Assembly (NCBI GenBank): GCA_037444845.1
Contig: JBBILQ010000008.1
Span: 385-64,384 of the forward strand
DNA: 64,000 nucleotides
Reading direction: 5' to 3'
Origin: Candidatus Aminicenantes bacterium
GTDB taxonomy: Bacteria; Acidobacteriota; Aminicenantia; Aminicenantales; UBA8522
This document shows, one piece after another, positions 35,967 through 46,095 of the stretch (position 1 is its first letter; every line of letters begins with the position of its first letter). The translations under genes and the position numbers were made by a program. The notes under the pieces were generated by a model. That model made no database searches and was not told the origin of the DNA. It saw nothing but the letters and a program-made list of their open reading frames with translations.

Positions 35967-36091
35967 AGGCTCCAAAAGGAAAATTCTTTCAGCCGCCGAC
36001 CCAACCGTGGCGCGATTGAAAAAAACCGGGAAATATTTGCCGTCGGCCCACGGGCCGATAAGGTCGGCATGTATTTCTTCTCTTCACTCAC
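35967..36091 (-). pseudogene. C-terminal remnant of a penicillin acylase family (S45) gene
   Basis: 36071-35967 reads HADLIGPWADGKYFPVFFNRATVGSAAERIFLLEP; GGAGG and GTG codons lie just upstream in other frames. Confidence 0.55.
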
Positions 36092-36151
36092 CCTCCACGT
36101 TCACGTGGTCTCCTCAATGATCGAGATGCTGAGGAAAATGACCGAATGGAA

Positions 36152-37003
36152 CTAAAGTGAATCTTCCGGCTTTTGCAGGATGTAGCTCAGATAGACAGAT
36201 TCGCCGGTCTTGAACCGGTTGTAGACTCTCGTTCCCCTGCAGCCGGCAAATTCCTCGAAAAATCTGGCCAAGTATTTCGGAGCTGCCTTTCGGATAAAGG
36301 CGACCTTCTGGTTATGGCTTGTTTCCAGAGCCGTGATGACATTGGCTGTGATATCGAATTTCCTGATGATAATCATCCCGGAGCGCTCCATCTGTTTTTC
36401 AAGAAGGTGAACATGCTGCCGATCGCGAAAGTCGGTGAAGAGGAAATATCCTCCTGGACGAAGGACCCGCTTGACTCCCGAGAGAAAATTGTTCATGTCG
36501 GCATAGCAGTGAGAGGATTCGACGTTTATCACGGCGTGGAATCTTTGATCGGAAAAGGGAAGGGCTTCGGCATCGCCGGCAATGAAAACCAGCCCTTGAG
36601 CCTGATAAGTTTTCCGGCAATGATTCATGGTCGTTTCTGAGGCATCAAGGCCGACAACATCTTTGGCTTTCAAGTAACGTTTGAGATAGTCCAGTCCTCC
36701 TCCCCGGCCGCAGCCGATATCAAGAATCCTGTGGCTGTCAACGTTGATCGAGCGGATGAGGTGATCGTAAAGCTGGATAAAACAGCGGTTTGGTTCGTCT
36801 GATGGATCAAGCTGCGGAGCTTCCTGAACGTCTTTTATAAAAACGTAGCCATAGTTCATGAACTTCCAGCTATCCATCTGGGCTGAGTGAGCGAGATACT
36901 GGTAGAAAAAATACTTGGAAACCTTTTTAAAACGAGGTGAGAAATTGATCAAGCGCGAGTAAACTGCAAAAAACATCGCTCTTCTTTTAAGCTCCGCACC
37001 CAT
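36152..37003 (-). CDS. Class I SAM-dependent methyltransferase (mycobacterial lipid O-methyltransferase-like)
   Basis: FMNYGY, LDIGCGRGGG, GDAEALPF, NVESSHCY, LRPGG. Confidence 0.88.
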   Translation of the reverse strand: MGAELKRRAMFFAVYSRLINFSPRFKKVSKYFFYQYLAHSAQMDSWKFMNYGYVFIKDVQEAPQLDPSDEPNRCFIQLYDHLIRSINVDSHRILDIGCGRGGGLDYLKRYLKAKDVVGLDASETTMNHCRKTYQAQGLVFIAGDAEALPFSDQRFHAVINVESSHCYADMNNFLSGVKRVLRPGGYFLFTDFRDRQHVHLLEKQMERSGMIIIRKFDITANVITALETSHNQKVAFIRKAAPKYLARFFEEFAGCRGTRVYNRFKTGESVYLSYILQKPEDSL

Positions 37004-37080
37004 TCAGAGATGAGAGGATTTTGTTAGAGAATCGAGATCCCAAAGAGGAAGTCTGAATTTCCATCAAAAATCCTCCACAG

Positions 37081-37109
37081 TTTATAGACTATTCATCTAC
37101 TCTTGTCAA
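37081..37109 (-). promoter_or_regulatory. sigma70-type promoter for methyltransferase
   Basis: Minus strand TTGACA, 17 nt, TATAAA. Confidence 0.6.
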
Positions 37110-37140
37110 TGACCGGAGAATTTAGCGACACGTGATCGAA

Positions 37141-37194
37141 AACGACGCCGTCCCCCTCAAACTCCCCCGCCGTGGCGCGTCTTGAGGGATCGTT
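37141..37194 (-). terminator. Imperfect hairpin downstream of gltS-like gene
   Basis: AACGA/TCGTT and CCCTCAA/TTGAGGG arms. Confidence 0.35.
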
Positions 37195-37205
37195 CCAAAG
37201 CCAGG

Positions 37206-38609
37206 TTATTTACGAGACGCGCCACTGGGAAAAGAGTGAACCCAGCCACTGAGGAAAGCCACTCCAATGGCCGCGGTGAGCGAAGCTACGGCCATGCCGA
37301 AAGCAGGTAAAACGCCGAAATTTGCGATCAGAAGGGGAGATGCTGCCGTGATGAACCCGCCGCCCAGCATCGGCTCGTAGAGGATCTGCTTGAACCCGAA
37401 GGACCGCGCGGCCGGTGTTTCAAAGTGCGGGTCAGCCACGCGGAGGAGAAGCAAACCAAGGGCTGTGACGCCGGTCTGCATGCCGTACTCGGTGATGCTC
37501 CGCTCAAACCAGGCGTCCGGGAGCATCCGTGGCGCGATGAACCAGGTACAGGAGATCACCCAGGCGAGCCCCACGAGCATGAGGATGGAGAACGGCCAGA
37601 AATAGGCCAGGAACACGTCCAGCTTGATGGAAGCGATGGCTGAGACAACCAGAAAGTCGAGCGCCATCCCCAGAATCCGGTCGAATGTTCTGCGGTCAAA
37701 ATAGCGGGCGAGCCCTGTCTTGAGGGCGGCAAATTGGATGATAATCCCGCCGATCATCGCCAGGGGGAAGAGAGGGAAGCTCCTGAAGAGATCTGGCTTC
37801 ATGCCGGCGCTCAGGCTTTTGATGCCAGTGAGGATGAACCAGCCGATCAGGATGGCTAAGCCGACAAAAGCGGCATGAAAGGCGAAGGGCTCGAGCGCGT
37901 CTGGCGAGACGGTATTAAATGAGCCGGGAATTCTCCTTGTCTCGGGGACAAGGCCTCTATCGGATTCAAGCGCTAGTTTCTTGGGTGATTTGATAATCCT
38001 GGTGTAGCCGCGGCGGGCGGCGATGTTGATGAGAAGCATACCGAAGACGACGGCGCTAACGACCCCGACTGTAGCCGACATCAAACCGAGGTCCGAACCA
38101 GCGCTAAAAGCCAGGTCAGAGAACGCTTCTTTCATGCCTGCCGCCGTCCCGTGGCCGCCCGAGAAGCCGATTTCAAGAAGGCAGCCGAAGTAATAGGGGA
38201 CTTTGAACACTGGCGTGAGCAGGACCATGGTTATGCCCAGTCCGACAACATACTGCCCCATGCCAACCAGCCAGCCATAGCATAGCTGCGGCCCTCCTTC
38301 GCGCCAGATTGTTCTCAGAGAGGGGATGGAAATTCCGAGAAACAGGCAGGCAAAAACGACGTTAATCAGCCGTCCCGGCAAGTGCGACCATGAGCTGACC
38401 ATGTCTTGAGGAATGACGGAGAAGAGATACTGGCCGAAAATGCTGGGGCCAAGAACGAGCCCGATAAACCCGGCGATGATTGAAGCTGGCAGGAAGAGCC
38501 TTTGGAAGAGGGCAAAGCGGACGCGCAACCATTTGCCCAGAAGAAGAAGAACACAGAGCCAGCAGAAGTCAATCATGAATTTGGTTACTTGGGCGCCCGT
38601 GATTTCCAT
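37206..38609 (-). CDS. Sodium/glutamate symporter (GltS/ESS family)
   Basis: LPASIIAGFIG, GFSGGHGTA, FPLFPLAMIGG, YGMQTGVTALG. Start uncertain (38609 or 38577). Confidence 0.9.
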   Translation of the reverse strand: MEITGAQVTKFMIDFCWLCVLLLLGKWLRVRFALFQRLFLPASIIAGFIGLVLGPSIFGQYLFSVIPQDMVSSWSHLPGRLINVVFACLFLGISIPSLRTIWREGGPQLCYGWLVGMGQYVVGLGITMVLLTPVFKVPYYFGCLLEIGFSGGHGTAAGMKEAFSDLAFSAGSDLGLMSATVGVVSAVVFGMLLINIAARRGYTRIIKSPKKLALESDRGLVPETRRIPGSFNTVSPDALEPFAFHAAFVGLAILIGWFILTGIKSLSAGMKPDLFRSFPLFPLAMIGGIIIQFAALKTGLARYFDRRTFDRILGMALDFLVVSAIASIKLDVFLAYFWPFSILMLVGLAWVISCTWFIAPRMLPDAWFERSITEYGMQTGVTALGLLLLRVADPHFETPAARSFGFKQILYEPMLGGGFITAASPLLIANFGVLPAFGMAVASLTAAIGVAFLSGWVHSFPSGASRK

Positions 38610-38779
38610 GCTGAGGGTCCTTGTCTGAAATCGCCAGTCAATGAAGGAATTTCTCTTCAAAAATATATGGTTGACCAAGAGAATGTCAACAGAAATTGTT
38701 TTCGCGAGCCCAAGTCCTTAAAGCCGCGTCATTGCCGTCCGGCCCATCGCCCCGGACGTCGGGCATCCCGAGAAGAAGT

Positions 38780-39121
38780 TCAAGCAAAGCTTTGGAGAGC
38801 CTGATCCTCTGTGTCGAAAGTCTCGATAATCTTGGTCAGCCCGGAGTAATTGAAAATGAGCCAGATCTTGCTGGTAAGGCGGGAAACTTTCAGCTTTCCG
38901 CCTTTTTCCTGGGTAGAGACGTAGGCCGCCAGGACATCGCCCACACCGTAACTATCGAGGAAATCGACCTTCTCGAAATTGAGCAGGATCTTCTTTTTGC
39001 CTGCGGCAAGCTGATCTTTAACTGAGGCCTGAACTGAGGGTGGGTTTTCGGCGGTGAGCCTGATCTCTCCAGCGAGGTCTAAGATGGTGACGTCGCCCTT
39101 TTCTCTGACTCCGAATAGCAT
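38780..39121 (-). CDS. STAS-domain anti-sigma factor antagonist
   Basis: LNFEKVDFLDSYGVG with phosphorylatable Ser; GGKLK; IETFDTE. Confidence 0.88.
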   Translation of the reverse strand: MLFGVREKGDVTILDLAGEIRLTAENPPSVQASVKDQLAAGKKKILLNFEKVDFLDSYGVGDVLAAYVSTQEKGGKLKVSRLTSKIWLIFNYSGLTKIIETFDTEDQALQSFA

Positions 39122-39177
39122 AACTTCCCTCTCTCGCCTTATTATGGAAAATCCCGGAGGAGTTGGCAAGCGTTTTG

Positions 39178-39699
39178 TTATTTCTTCAAGGCAAAGGTCG
39201 TGCAGGCGGGCGCAGGCTGAAACTCGCTGAGGTCATCGGTAAAATGATTGACGCAAATTTGACTCCCTGTGTTGCTGCTGGGGTTCGCACTGGTAACTTT
39301 AAGCTGGACCACGGCGAGCGCGCCTTGGCTGTCTTTTGGAACCACACTTCCCCCGCCGGAAAATCCTCCAACCCTTAACGTGCCGGGGCTGATTTCGTTC
39401 GCGTCAACGGCTGTCCAGCCACCTGTGAGGTTGCCGCTGATGATCTCCTGGTATTGGAATATTTTCGGGTCAAAAGACATCTCTAAGCCGAAAACGCGGA
39501 CTTCCCTGGAGTTTTCAGCGATGAGCACAGCGACGGCGATCGTTGTGTCACGTCCGCCTGAGGCTGGATTGCAGGCGACAAGGATCGTATTCTCTCCGAG
39601 GTTGATTGTGGCTGTCGTCGGGGTTTTTTTGCAGGCGAACAGAAAAATCACCGCCGAAATGAGTAGACAACTCCCCGAAACGAATCTCTTAGCGGCCAT
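39178..39699 (-). CDS. Lipoprotein with cohesin-like beta-sandwich
   Basis: Lipobox FLFAC; FGLEMSFDPKIFQY, GTLRVGGF, GALAVVQLKV. Confidence 0.7.
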   Translation of the reverse strand: MAAKRFVSGSCLLISAVIFLFACKKTPTTATINLGENTILVACNPASGGRDTTIAVAVLIAENSREVRVFGLEMSFDPKIFQYQEIISGNLTGGWTAVDANEISPGTLRVGGFSGGGSVVPKDSQGALAVVQLKVTSANPSSNTGSQICVNHFTDDLSEFQPAPACTTFALKK

Positions 39700-39806
39700 T
39701 TTCTTGCCCTTCCATTATAGCTTTATTCTCGTCTCGAGGGAAGCAAAAAGCCGTCTTCTCTGTTGTCTTTTCGCGAGACCAGCCCGGTAGTTTGATAAGA
39801 GGCGCT

Positions 39807-39929
39807 TCAACCGAGAAACTCAAAGGCTCTGTCCATGTCTTGGTGGCTGGCCACAAGGACGAGAATGTCGCCTTCCCGGATTTGAAAGTCCGCGGCTGGA
39901 CTGGTGAAGGACTTTTCGTCCCAGATGAC
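39807..39929 (-). pseudogene. C-terminal remnant of a TrkA-C (RCK_C) domain gene
   Basis: VIWDEKSFTSPAADFQIREGDILVLVASHQDMDRAFEFLG*; a TVLS piece lies just upstream out of frame. Confidence 0.6.
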
Positions 39930-40021
39930 GGACCGAGAAGGTCCCCGAGAGGACCGTTTCCGCTGGCAGGCTTTACTTATCAGATGGTATGAATTATCAT
40001 AATGGAAAAGTAGGTGTCTGA

Positions 40022-40549
40022 ATGATTGAATCCACGACTGTCATCTGTATCCGCCACAAGGGCCAGGTGGCCATGGGCGGGGATGGGCAGGTCTCCATGG
40101 GCCAGACCATCCTTAAACAGACGGCCAGGAAAATCAGGCGGCTTTATAAAGACAAGGTTCTGGCCGGGTTTGCTGGCGCCACGTCCGACGCCTTCGCCCT
40201 GTTCTCCCGGTTCGAAAACAAGCTCGAGGAATACCGCGGCAACATGTCCAGGGCTGCCATCGAGCTGGCCAAAGACTGGCGGCTGGACAAGGCCCTCCGA
40301 CAGCTCGAGGCGCTCCTCATTGTTGCCGACAAAGAGAGCTCCTTTCTTATCTCCGGGACGGGCGATGTCGTCGAGCCGGATGACGGGATTATCGCCGTGG
40401 GCGCCGGGGGGCCTTACGCGCTGGCTGCCGCGCGAGCTCTGATCAGCCATACCAACCTCTCAGCAAGGGAGATTGTCCTTGAGGCGATGAAAATCAGCGC
40501 GGACATCTGCGTCTACACGAATGACCATATTGTCATCGAGGAGCTCTAA
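40022..40549 (+). CDS. hslV: ATP-dependent protease subunit HslV
   Basis: [26 protein letters not shown]. Confidence 0.97.
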   Translation: MIESTTVICIRHKGQVAMGGDGQVSMGQTILKQTARKIRRLYKDKVLAGFAGATSDAFALFSRFENKLEEYRGNMSRAAIELAKDWRLDKALRQLEALLIVADKESSFLISGTGDVVEPDDGIIAVGAGGPYALAAARALISHTNLSAREIVLEAMKISADICVYTNDHIVIEEL

Positions 40550-41941
40550 ATGGCCGTTGCGCTTGTCAAGGCTGCCGAAAAAACCGCTGATGAATCAAGG
40601 GAAAGCGAGCTAACGCCTCAGGAAATCGTTGCCGAGCTGGACAAATTCATCATCGGCCAGAAAGCGGCAAAAAAGGCTGTGGCCATCGCCTTGCGGAACC
40701 GCTACCGCCGTCGAAAACTCCCCCCCGAGCTGGCTGATGAAATCGCGCCCAAGAACATCCTGATGATCGGGCCGACCGGCATCGGCAAAACGGAAATCTC
40801 ACGCCGCCTGGCGAAACTGACCTCCTCGCCCTTCCTCAAAATCGAAGCAAGCAAGTTCACCGAAGTCGGCTATGTGGGCCGCGACGTCGAATCCATGATC
40901 AGGGATCTTGTCCGGATCTCTGTGGACATGGTTAAACAAGAAAAGATCGAGGAGATCCGGGAAAAGGCTAAAAACAATGTCGAGGAAAAGATCCTCGACC
41001 TTCTTCTCCCGCCGATGAGAAGACGAGAAAGCGCTATGGCCGACGTCGACCAAAGCCATTTCCAAGAGACGCGAGAAAAGCTGCGCAAACAGCTCAGCGA
41101 CGGCCTTCTGGAGGATCGACTTGTCGAGGTTGAAGTCAAGGAGAAAGTGGCTCCTCCCTTCGAAATCTTCTCCAACACCGGGGTTGAGGAAATTGGCATC
41201 CACATCCAGGAGATCCTGCCCGGGTTTCTGGGCGGCAAGTCCAAAAAGAGAAAGGTGAAGATCAAGGAGGCCCGAGAATTCCTGACGGAAGACGAGCAGA
41301 AACGCCTTATCGATATGGATCAAGTCGCCCGGCTCGCCGTGGAAAGAGTGGAGCACTCTGGCATTATCTTCCTTGACGAGGTTGATAAGATAGCCGGACG
41401 GGAATCAGGACGAGGCCCAGAAGTGAGCCGAGAAGGCGTGCAGCGCGACCTCTTGCCCATCATCGAGGGCACAACCGTCAACACCCGCTACGGGCTTGTC
41501 CGGACCGACCATATTCTTTTTATCGGAGCGGGCGCTTTCCATGTGTCCAAGCCGGCCGACCTCATTCCGGAACTCCAGGGCAGGTTTCCCATCCGCGTCG
41601 AGCTGACGTCTCTCGATAAGGGCGATTTTATCCGTATCCTCACCGAGCCTGAAAATGCCCTGATCAAGCAGTATAAAGCGCTCATGGAAACAGAGGGCGT
41701 GCTGGTTGATTTTACCAAGGACGCGGTCGACGAGATCGCCGAGATCGCCGAGAAAGTGAACGAAGATTCGGAAAACATCGGCGCCCGGCGTCTGCACACG
41801 ATCATAGAGAAGGTTATGGAAGATATTTCCTTTGCTGCCCCCAACATCAAAGAAAAACGCATCTTGATCGATAGGAAATACGTCCAGAAACAGCTCCGGG
41901 ATGTCCTAAAAGACCAGGACTTAAGGCGTTTCATTCTCTGA
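40550..41941 (+). CDS. hslU: ATP-dependent protease ATPase HslU
   Basis: [38 protein letters not shown]. Confidence 0.97.
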   Translation: MAVALVKAAEKTADESRESELTPQEIVAELDKFIIGQKAAKKAVAIALRNRYRRRKLPPELADEIAPKNILMIGPTGIGKTEISRRLAKLTSSPFLKIEASKFTEVGYVGRDVESMIRDLVRISVDMVKQEKIEEIREKAKNNVEEKILDLLLPPMRRRESAMADVDQSHFQETREKLRKQLSDGLLEDRLVEVEVKEKVAPPFEIFSNTGVEEIGIHIQEILPGFLGGKSKKRKVKIKEAREFLTEDEQKRLIDMDQVARLAVERVEHSGIIFLDEVDKIAGRESGRGPEVSREGVQRDLLPIIEGTTVNTRYGLVRTDHILFIGAGAFHVSKPADLIPELQGRFPIRVELTSLDKGDFIRILTEPENALIKQYKALMETEGVLVDFTKDAVDEIAEIAEKVNEDSENIGARRLHTIIEKVMEDISFAAPNIKEKRILIDRKYVQKQLRDVLKDQDLRRFIL

Positions 41942-43026
41942 TGAAGAGGAGTTTCCCCGTCATCCTGCTTCTCTTCGTCCTCGTCTCCTTTTCCGCTTGC
42001 GGCAAGAAAGGACCCCTCTCGCCCCCTCCACTCAGGATTCCTCAGAGCGTTGAGAATTTCAGCCTGTCCCAGCGGGGTGAAGGGTTCATTCTCAGATGGA
42101 CCAATCCTTCTGCTTATGTTGATGGGTCTCCGATAGAGGAAATCTCAGAAATTGAGATCTGGCTGATGGAAGAAGGCAGCAGGGGAGCTGGACAGAGAAA
42201 AATCGCCAGGCAAGAATTCGAGGACAAAGCGCGCATCATTGCCAGGATCCTCAAGCAGAACTTTTCCCTCTTTCATGAGACGGGGAAAGCGACTTCCCGC
42301 CTAATCTTTATCTATCGGCCGGAGAAAGGAATAAGGATGAAGGAAACGTACACCTTTGCCCTCAGGGTCAGGGATGAGAGGCGAAGAGTCTCTGAATTTT
42401 CTGATCCCTTCTCTATTGTGACTCAAGCTATGCCCCTGCCGCCCGTCAATGTCCGAGCCACGGTCTTTGACAATCATATCCTCCTTCGCTGGGATGCCCC
42501 CCTCAAGAGCAGCGATCAGTCCATGCCGGCTCAGGTTGTAGGATATAACCTCTTCAGGTCCTCGGATAAAGAACCACCCTTTGTCGTCAATCCTTCGCTC
42601 GTTAAAGAAATCGAGTACAAAGATACCGATTTCGCTTTTGGCCAAACATACCGCTATTTCATTCGGGCTGTGACTTCTGAGGGGCCCCCTCTCCTGGAAA
42701 GCGATGATTCAGAAGTGGTGGAAGTCTTGGCCCGGGATACATTCCCTCCGTCAAGCCCTTCGGGTCTTGCTGCTATTGCCGGGACTGATTATATCGCTTT
42801 GAGCTGGGAGGCCAGCAAAGAAGCCGACGTCGCCGGCTACAAGGTATGGCGGCAGGAAGCTGGGAGGACTGAATTCGTCTTGATTGCGTCGCTCGGTCCG
42901 GCAGATCATTCCTTTGCTGATTCGGCAGTTGAAAAGAACAAGAGATACGATTATGCTATTACTGCTCTGGACAGCGCAGGGAATGAAAGCCAGAGATCAG
43001 CGCCGGTACCCGCCGTTATCAGGTAA
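41941..43026 (+). CDS. Lipoprotein with fibronectin type III domains
   Basis: Lipobox FSAC then GKKGPLSPP; Fn3 motifs LRWTNP, GYNLFR, YEYKDT-like, YDYAITALDSAGNES. Confidence 0.8.
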   Translation: MKRSFPVILLLFVLVSFSACGKKGPLSPPPLRIPQSVENFSLSQRGEGFILRWTNPSAYVDGSPIEEISEIEIWLMEEGSRGAGQRKIARQEFEDKARIIARILKQNFSLFHETGKATSRLIFIYRPEKGIRMKETYTFALRVRDERRRVSEFSDPFSIVTQAMPLPPVNVRATVFDNHILLRWDAPLKSSDQSMPAQVVGYNLFRSSDKEPPFVVNPSLVKEIEYKDTDFAFGQTYRYFIRAVTSEGPPLLESDDSEVVEVLARDTFPPSSPSGLAAIAGTDYIALSWEASKEADVAGYKVWRQEAGRTEFVLIASLGPADHSFADSAVEKNKRYDYAITALDSAGNESQRSAPVPAVIR

Positions 43027-43034
43027 GAGCCTCG

Positions 43035-43802
43035 ATGAGGATTTTTCGGTTTAGATACAGGAACAGAGTTCTCTGGGGGATTCTAAAGGAAGAGAGCATT
43101 TATCCAGTCCGAGGGTCTATTTTTGAGGATTTTCGCGTCGACGAGAAAGGCCTACCCATCGGGTCTGTCTCTCTTCTCCCGCCCGTCCGGCCGTCTAAAA
43201 TTGTGGCTGTTGGGGTTAATTACAAAGACCATGCCCTGGAGATGGGACGGCCCTTGCCGGAAGAGCCGCTGCTTTTTCTCAAGCCCCCTTCAGCCGTGAT
43301 TGGCCCTGGCGAGGAAATCGTTTATCCCCGTCAAGCCAAAAGAGTTGATTACGAAGGAGAAGTGGCCGTGGTCATTAAGAAAACGGCCCGGTTGTTGGCT
43401 GAAGACGACGATACAGACCCGTATGTCCTGGGTTATACCTGCTTTAACGACGTCACAGCACGGGACCTTCAACTTAAAGATGTCCAGTTCACCCGGGCCA
43501 AGTCTTTTGACACATTTGCCCCTATCGGCCCCTGCATCGCCGTCGATGTGGACCCCGGACATCTCAGGATAAAGACGTTTCTCAACGGAAAGCTGAAGCA
43601 ATCATCGACCACCAAAAACTTGATTTTTTCCGTGCCCACTCTAATCAGGTTCATCTCTGGAATCATGACCCTCTGTCCAGGGGACGTTATCACCACGGGA
43701 ACTCCGGCCGGCGTGGGCCCGATGATGCCAGGGGACAGGGTCGATATCCAGATCGAAGGCATCGGGACTCTCTCGAATACCGTAAAAAAAATCGAGCCTT
43801 AG
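43035..43802 (+). CDS. Fumarylacetoacetate hydrolase family protein
   Basis: NYKDHALE, FLKPP, VDYEGE, NDVTARD, TTGTPAGV. Confidence 0.92.
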   Translation: MRIFRFRYRNRVLWGILKEESIYPVRGSIFEDFRVDEKGLPIGSVSLLPPVRPSKIVAVGVNYKDHALEMGRPLPEEPLLFLKPPSAVIGPGEEIVYPRQAKRVDYEGEVAVVIKKTARLLAEDDDTDPYVLGYTCFNDVTARDLQLKDVQFTRAKSFDTFAPIGPCIAVDVDPGHLRIKTFLNGKLKQSSTTKNLIFSVPTLIRFISGIMTLCPGDVITTGTPAGVGPMMPGDRVDIQIEGIGTLSNTVKKIEP

Positions 43803-43856
43803 GGTTAGGACCCGCAGGGCTGTTGTTTTGGTGACATAAACAGGAGGATAAAGGAG

Positions 43857-44501
43857 ATGAAGTTTTTTCTGGATACAGCGAACCTGACCGAGATCAAGGA
43901 AGTGGCGGGCTGGGGAATCTTGGACGGCGTGACCACGAACCCCTCTCTGGTTGCCAAAGAGGACGTCAAGTTTGAGGACCTGATAAAAGAAATATGCCGG
44001 CTTGTGCCCGGGCCGGTCAGTGTCGAATGCGTGTCCACGCGAGCTGAAGAGATCATACTGGAAGCGCGGCAGATAGCCCAGCTTGCGCCGAACGTTGTCG
44101 TAAAGATCCCTATTTGCATTGACGGGTTGAAAGCAACCCGTGTCCTTTCCCAGGAAGGGATCGGCGTCAACACGACTCTGATTTTCTCCCCGACCCAGGC
44201 TCTTCTGGCTGCCAAGGCTGGCTCTCGGTATGTCAGCCCGTTCATCGGACGTCTCGATGACATTTCTCATGACGGGATGGAACTCGTGGAGCAAATCCTC
44301 GTTATCCTGGATAACTACGGGCTGGAGACTGAGGTTATTGTGGCCAGCATCCGTCATCCCCGGCACGTCGTAGAAGCCGCTCTCCTCGGCGCTGACATCG
44401 CCACGGCGCCTTACGCGGTTATGGAAAAGCTGGTCAAGCATCCGCTGACTGATATCGGTCTGGAAAAATTTCTACAGGACTGGGCAAAGGCAAAAAAATA
44501 G
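43857..44501 (+). CDS. fsa: Small transaldolase / fructose-6-phosphate aldolase
   Basis: [38 protein letters not shown]. Confidence 0.92.
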   Translation: MKFFLDTANLTEIKEVAGWGILDGVTTNPSLVAKEDVKFEDLIKEICRLVPGPVSVECVSTRAEEIILEARQIAQLAPNVVVKIPICIDGLKATRVLSQEGIGVNTTLIFSPTQALLAAKAGSRYVSPFIGRLDDISHDGMELVEQILVILDNYGLETEVIVASIRHPRHVVEAALLGADIATAPYAVMEKLVKHPLTDIGLEKFLQDWAKAKK

Positions 44502-44523
44502 CAGATCTCTTGGGCAGGTGAGC

Positions 44524-46074
44524 ATGAGCATCCAAAAGAAATTAGAAAGCCTGAGGGAAAAGAATAAGCTGTCTGAGCTCGGAGGCGGAAAGGAACGAAT
44601 CCAAAAACAGCACCAGGCCGGCAAGCTGACGGCTAGAGAAAGGATCAGCGTACTCCTGGACGAGGGATCCTTCGAGGAAATGGACAAACTGGTCGTCCAC
44701 CAGAGTCACGATTTTGGCATGGAAAAAAAGAGGATCTATGGTGACGGTGTGGTCTCGGGCTACGGCCGCATTGACGGTCGGCCGGTTTTTGTCTTCGCCC
44801 AGGACTTCACTGTTTTTGGGGGGTCTTTGAGCGGCGCCAACGCGGCCAAAATCGTCAAGATCATGGATTTGGCCATGAAAATCGGCGTTCCCGTGATCGG
44901 CCTCAACGATTCCGGCGGTGCCCGGATTCAGGAGGGAGTGGCCAGCCTGGGAGGATACGCGGACATTTTTCTGAGGAATGTCCTGGCATCGGGCGTCATT
45001 CCCCAGATTTCTGCCATCATGGGTCCCTGCGCCGGCGGGGCTGTGTATTCGCCCGCGATCACTGATTTTATCATCATGACCAAAGAGGCGAGCAATATGT
45101 TCATCACAGGCCCTGAGGTCATCAAGGCCGTCACTCACGAAGAAGTCACCATGGAAGAACTCGGCGGGGCCGAGACCCATAATGTCCTGAGCGGAGTCGC
45201 CCACTTCGCCGCCGAAAATGAGCAGCATGCGTTGGCCCTGATTCGGGAGTTGCTGTCTTTCATCCCCAATAACAACCTGGAAAGTCCTCCAGAGAAGGAG
45301 AGCTCAGATCCCTGGGACAGAGTCAGCGAAGACATCGATTTCTTGGTTCCAGACGATCCTTATCAGCCCTACGACATCCGAAAGGTCATCCGGGAAGTCG
45401 TCGATGACAACTATTTTTTTGAGGTGCAAGCTGAATATGCCAAAAACGTTGTCATCGGGTTCGGCCGTTTGGCAGGAAAACCTGTGGGGATCGTGGCCAA
45501 CCAGCCGGACCATCTGGCCGGGGCCCTGGACATCAACGCCTCTGTCAAGGGAGCGCGTTTTGTCCGCTTTTGCGACGCGTTTAATATCCCTCTCATCACC
45601 TTCGAGGATGTCCCCGGGTTCTTGCCCGGAGTCGACCAGGAACACGGAGGAATCATTCGCCATGGGGCAAAGCTTCTCTACGCTTTTGCCGAGGCCACCG
45701 TGCCCAAGATCACCGTGATCACAAGGAAAGCTTACGGAGGGGCCTACTGCGTCATGGCCTCCAAACACATCCGGGCGGATATCAACTATGCGTTTCCGAC
45801 AGCCGAGATTGCTGTCATGGGGCCCGAGGGCGCTGTAAAGATCGTTTACGGGAGGGAATTGGAGGGGACGGAAGAATCGTCATCGATCATCCAGGATAAG
45901 ATCGCCGAATTCAGAGAAAAGTTTGCCAACCCTTATGTGGCGTGTGAAAAGGGTTATCTGGATGAAGTCATCGAGCCGCGTCTTACAAGACAAAAGCTCG
46001 TCGGCGCTCTGCGCCTGCTGGAGAACAAACGGGATAAAAATCCCCCAAGGAAGCACGGTAACATCCCGCTGTAG
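44524..46074 (+). CDS. pccB: Acyl-CoA carboxylase carboxyltransferase (beta) subunit
   Basis: [42 protein letters not shown]. Alternative GTG start at 44518. Confidence 0.93.
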   Translation: MSIQKKLESLREKNKLSELGGGKERIQKQHQAGKLTARERISVLLDEGSFEEMDKLVVHQSHDFGMEKKRIYGDGVVSGYGRIDGRPVFVFAQDFTVFGGSLSGANAAKIVKIMDLAMKIGVPVIGLNDSGGARIQEGVASLGGYADIFLRNVLASGVIPQISAIMGPCAGGAVYSPAITDFIIMTKEASNMFITGPEVIKAVTHEEVTMEELGGAETHNVLSGVAHFAAENEQHALALIRELLSFIPNNNLESPPEKESSDPWDRVSEDIDFLVPDDPYQPYDIRKVIREVVDDNYFFEVQAEYAKNVVIGFGRLAGKPVGIVANQPDHLAGALDINASVKGARFVRFCDAFNIPLITFEDVPGFLPGVDQEHGGIIRHGAKLLYAFAEATVPKITVITRKAYGGAYCVMASKHIRADINYAFPTAEIAVMGPEGAVKIVYGRELEGTEESSSIIQDKIAEFREKFANPYVACEKGYLDEVIEPRLTRQKLVGALRLLENKRDKNPPRKHGNIPL

Positions 46075-46095
46075 GGGGATGGGCCGAGTGGAAAG

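Noticed and set aside
39960-40021. xerC upstream of hslVU, and CIRCE/CtsR boxes before hslV or clpB
   Set aside because: No tyrosine recombinase ORF and no TTAGCACTC-N9-GAGTGCTAA or GGTCAAA repeats were seen.
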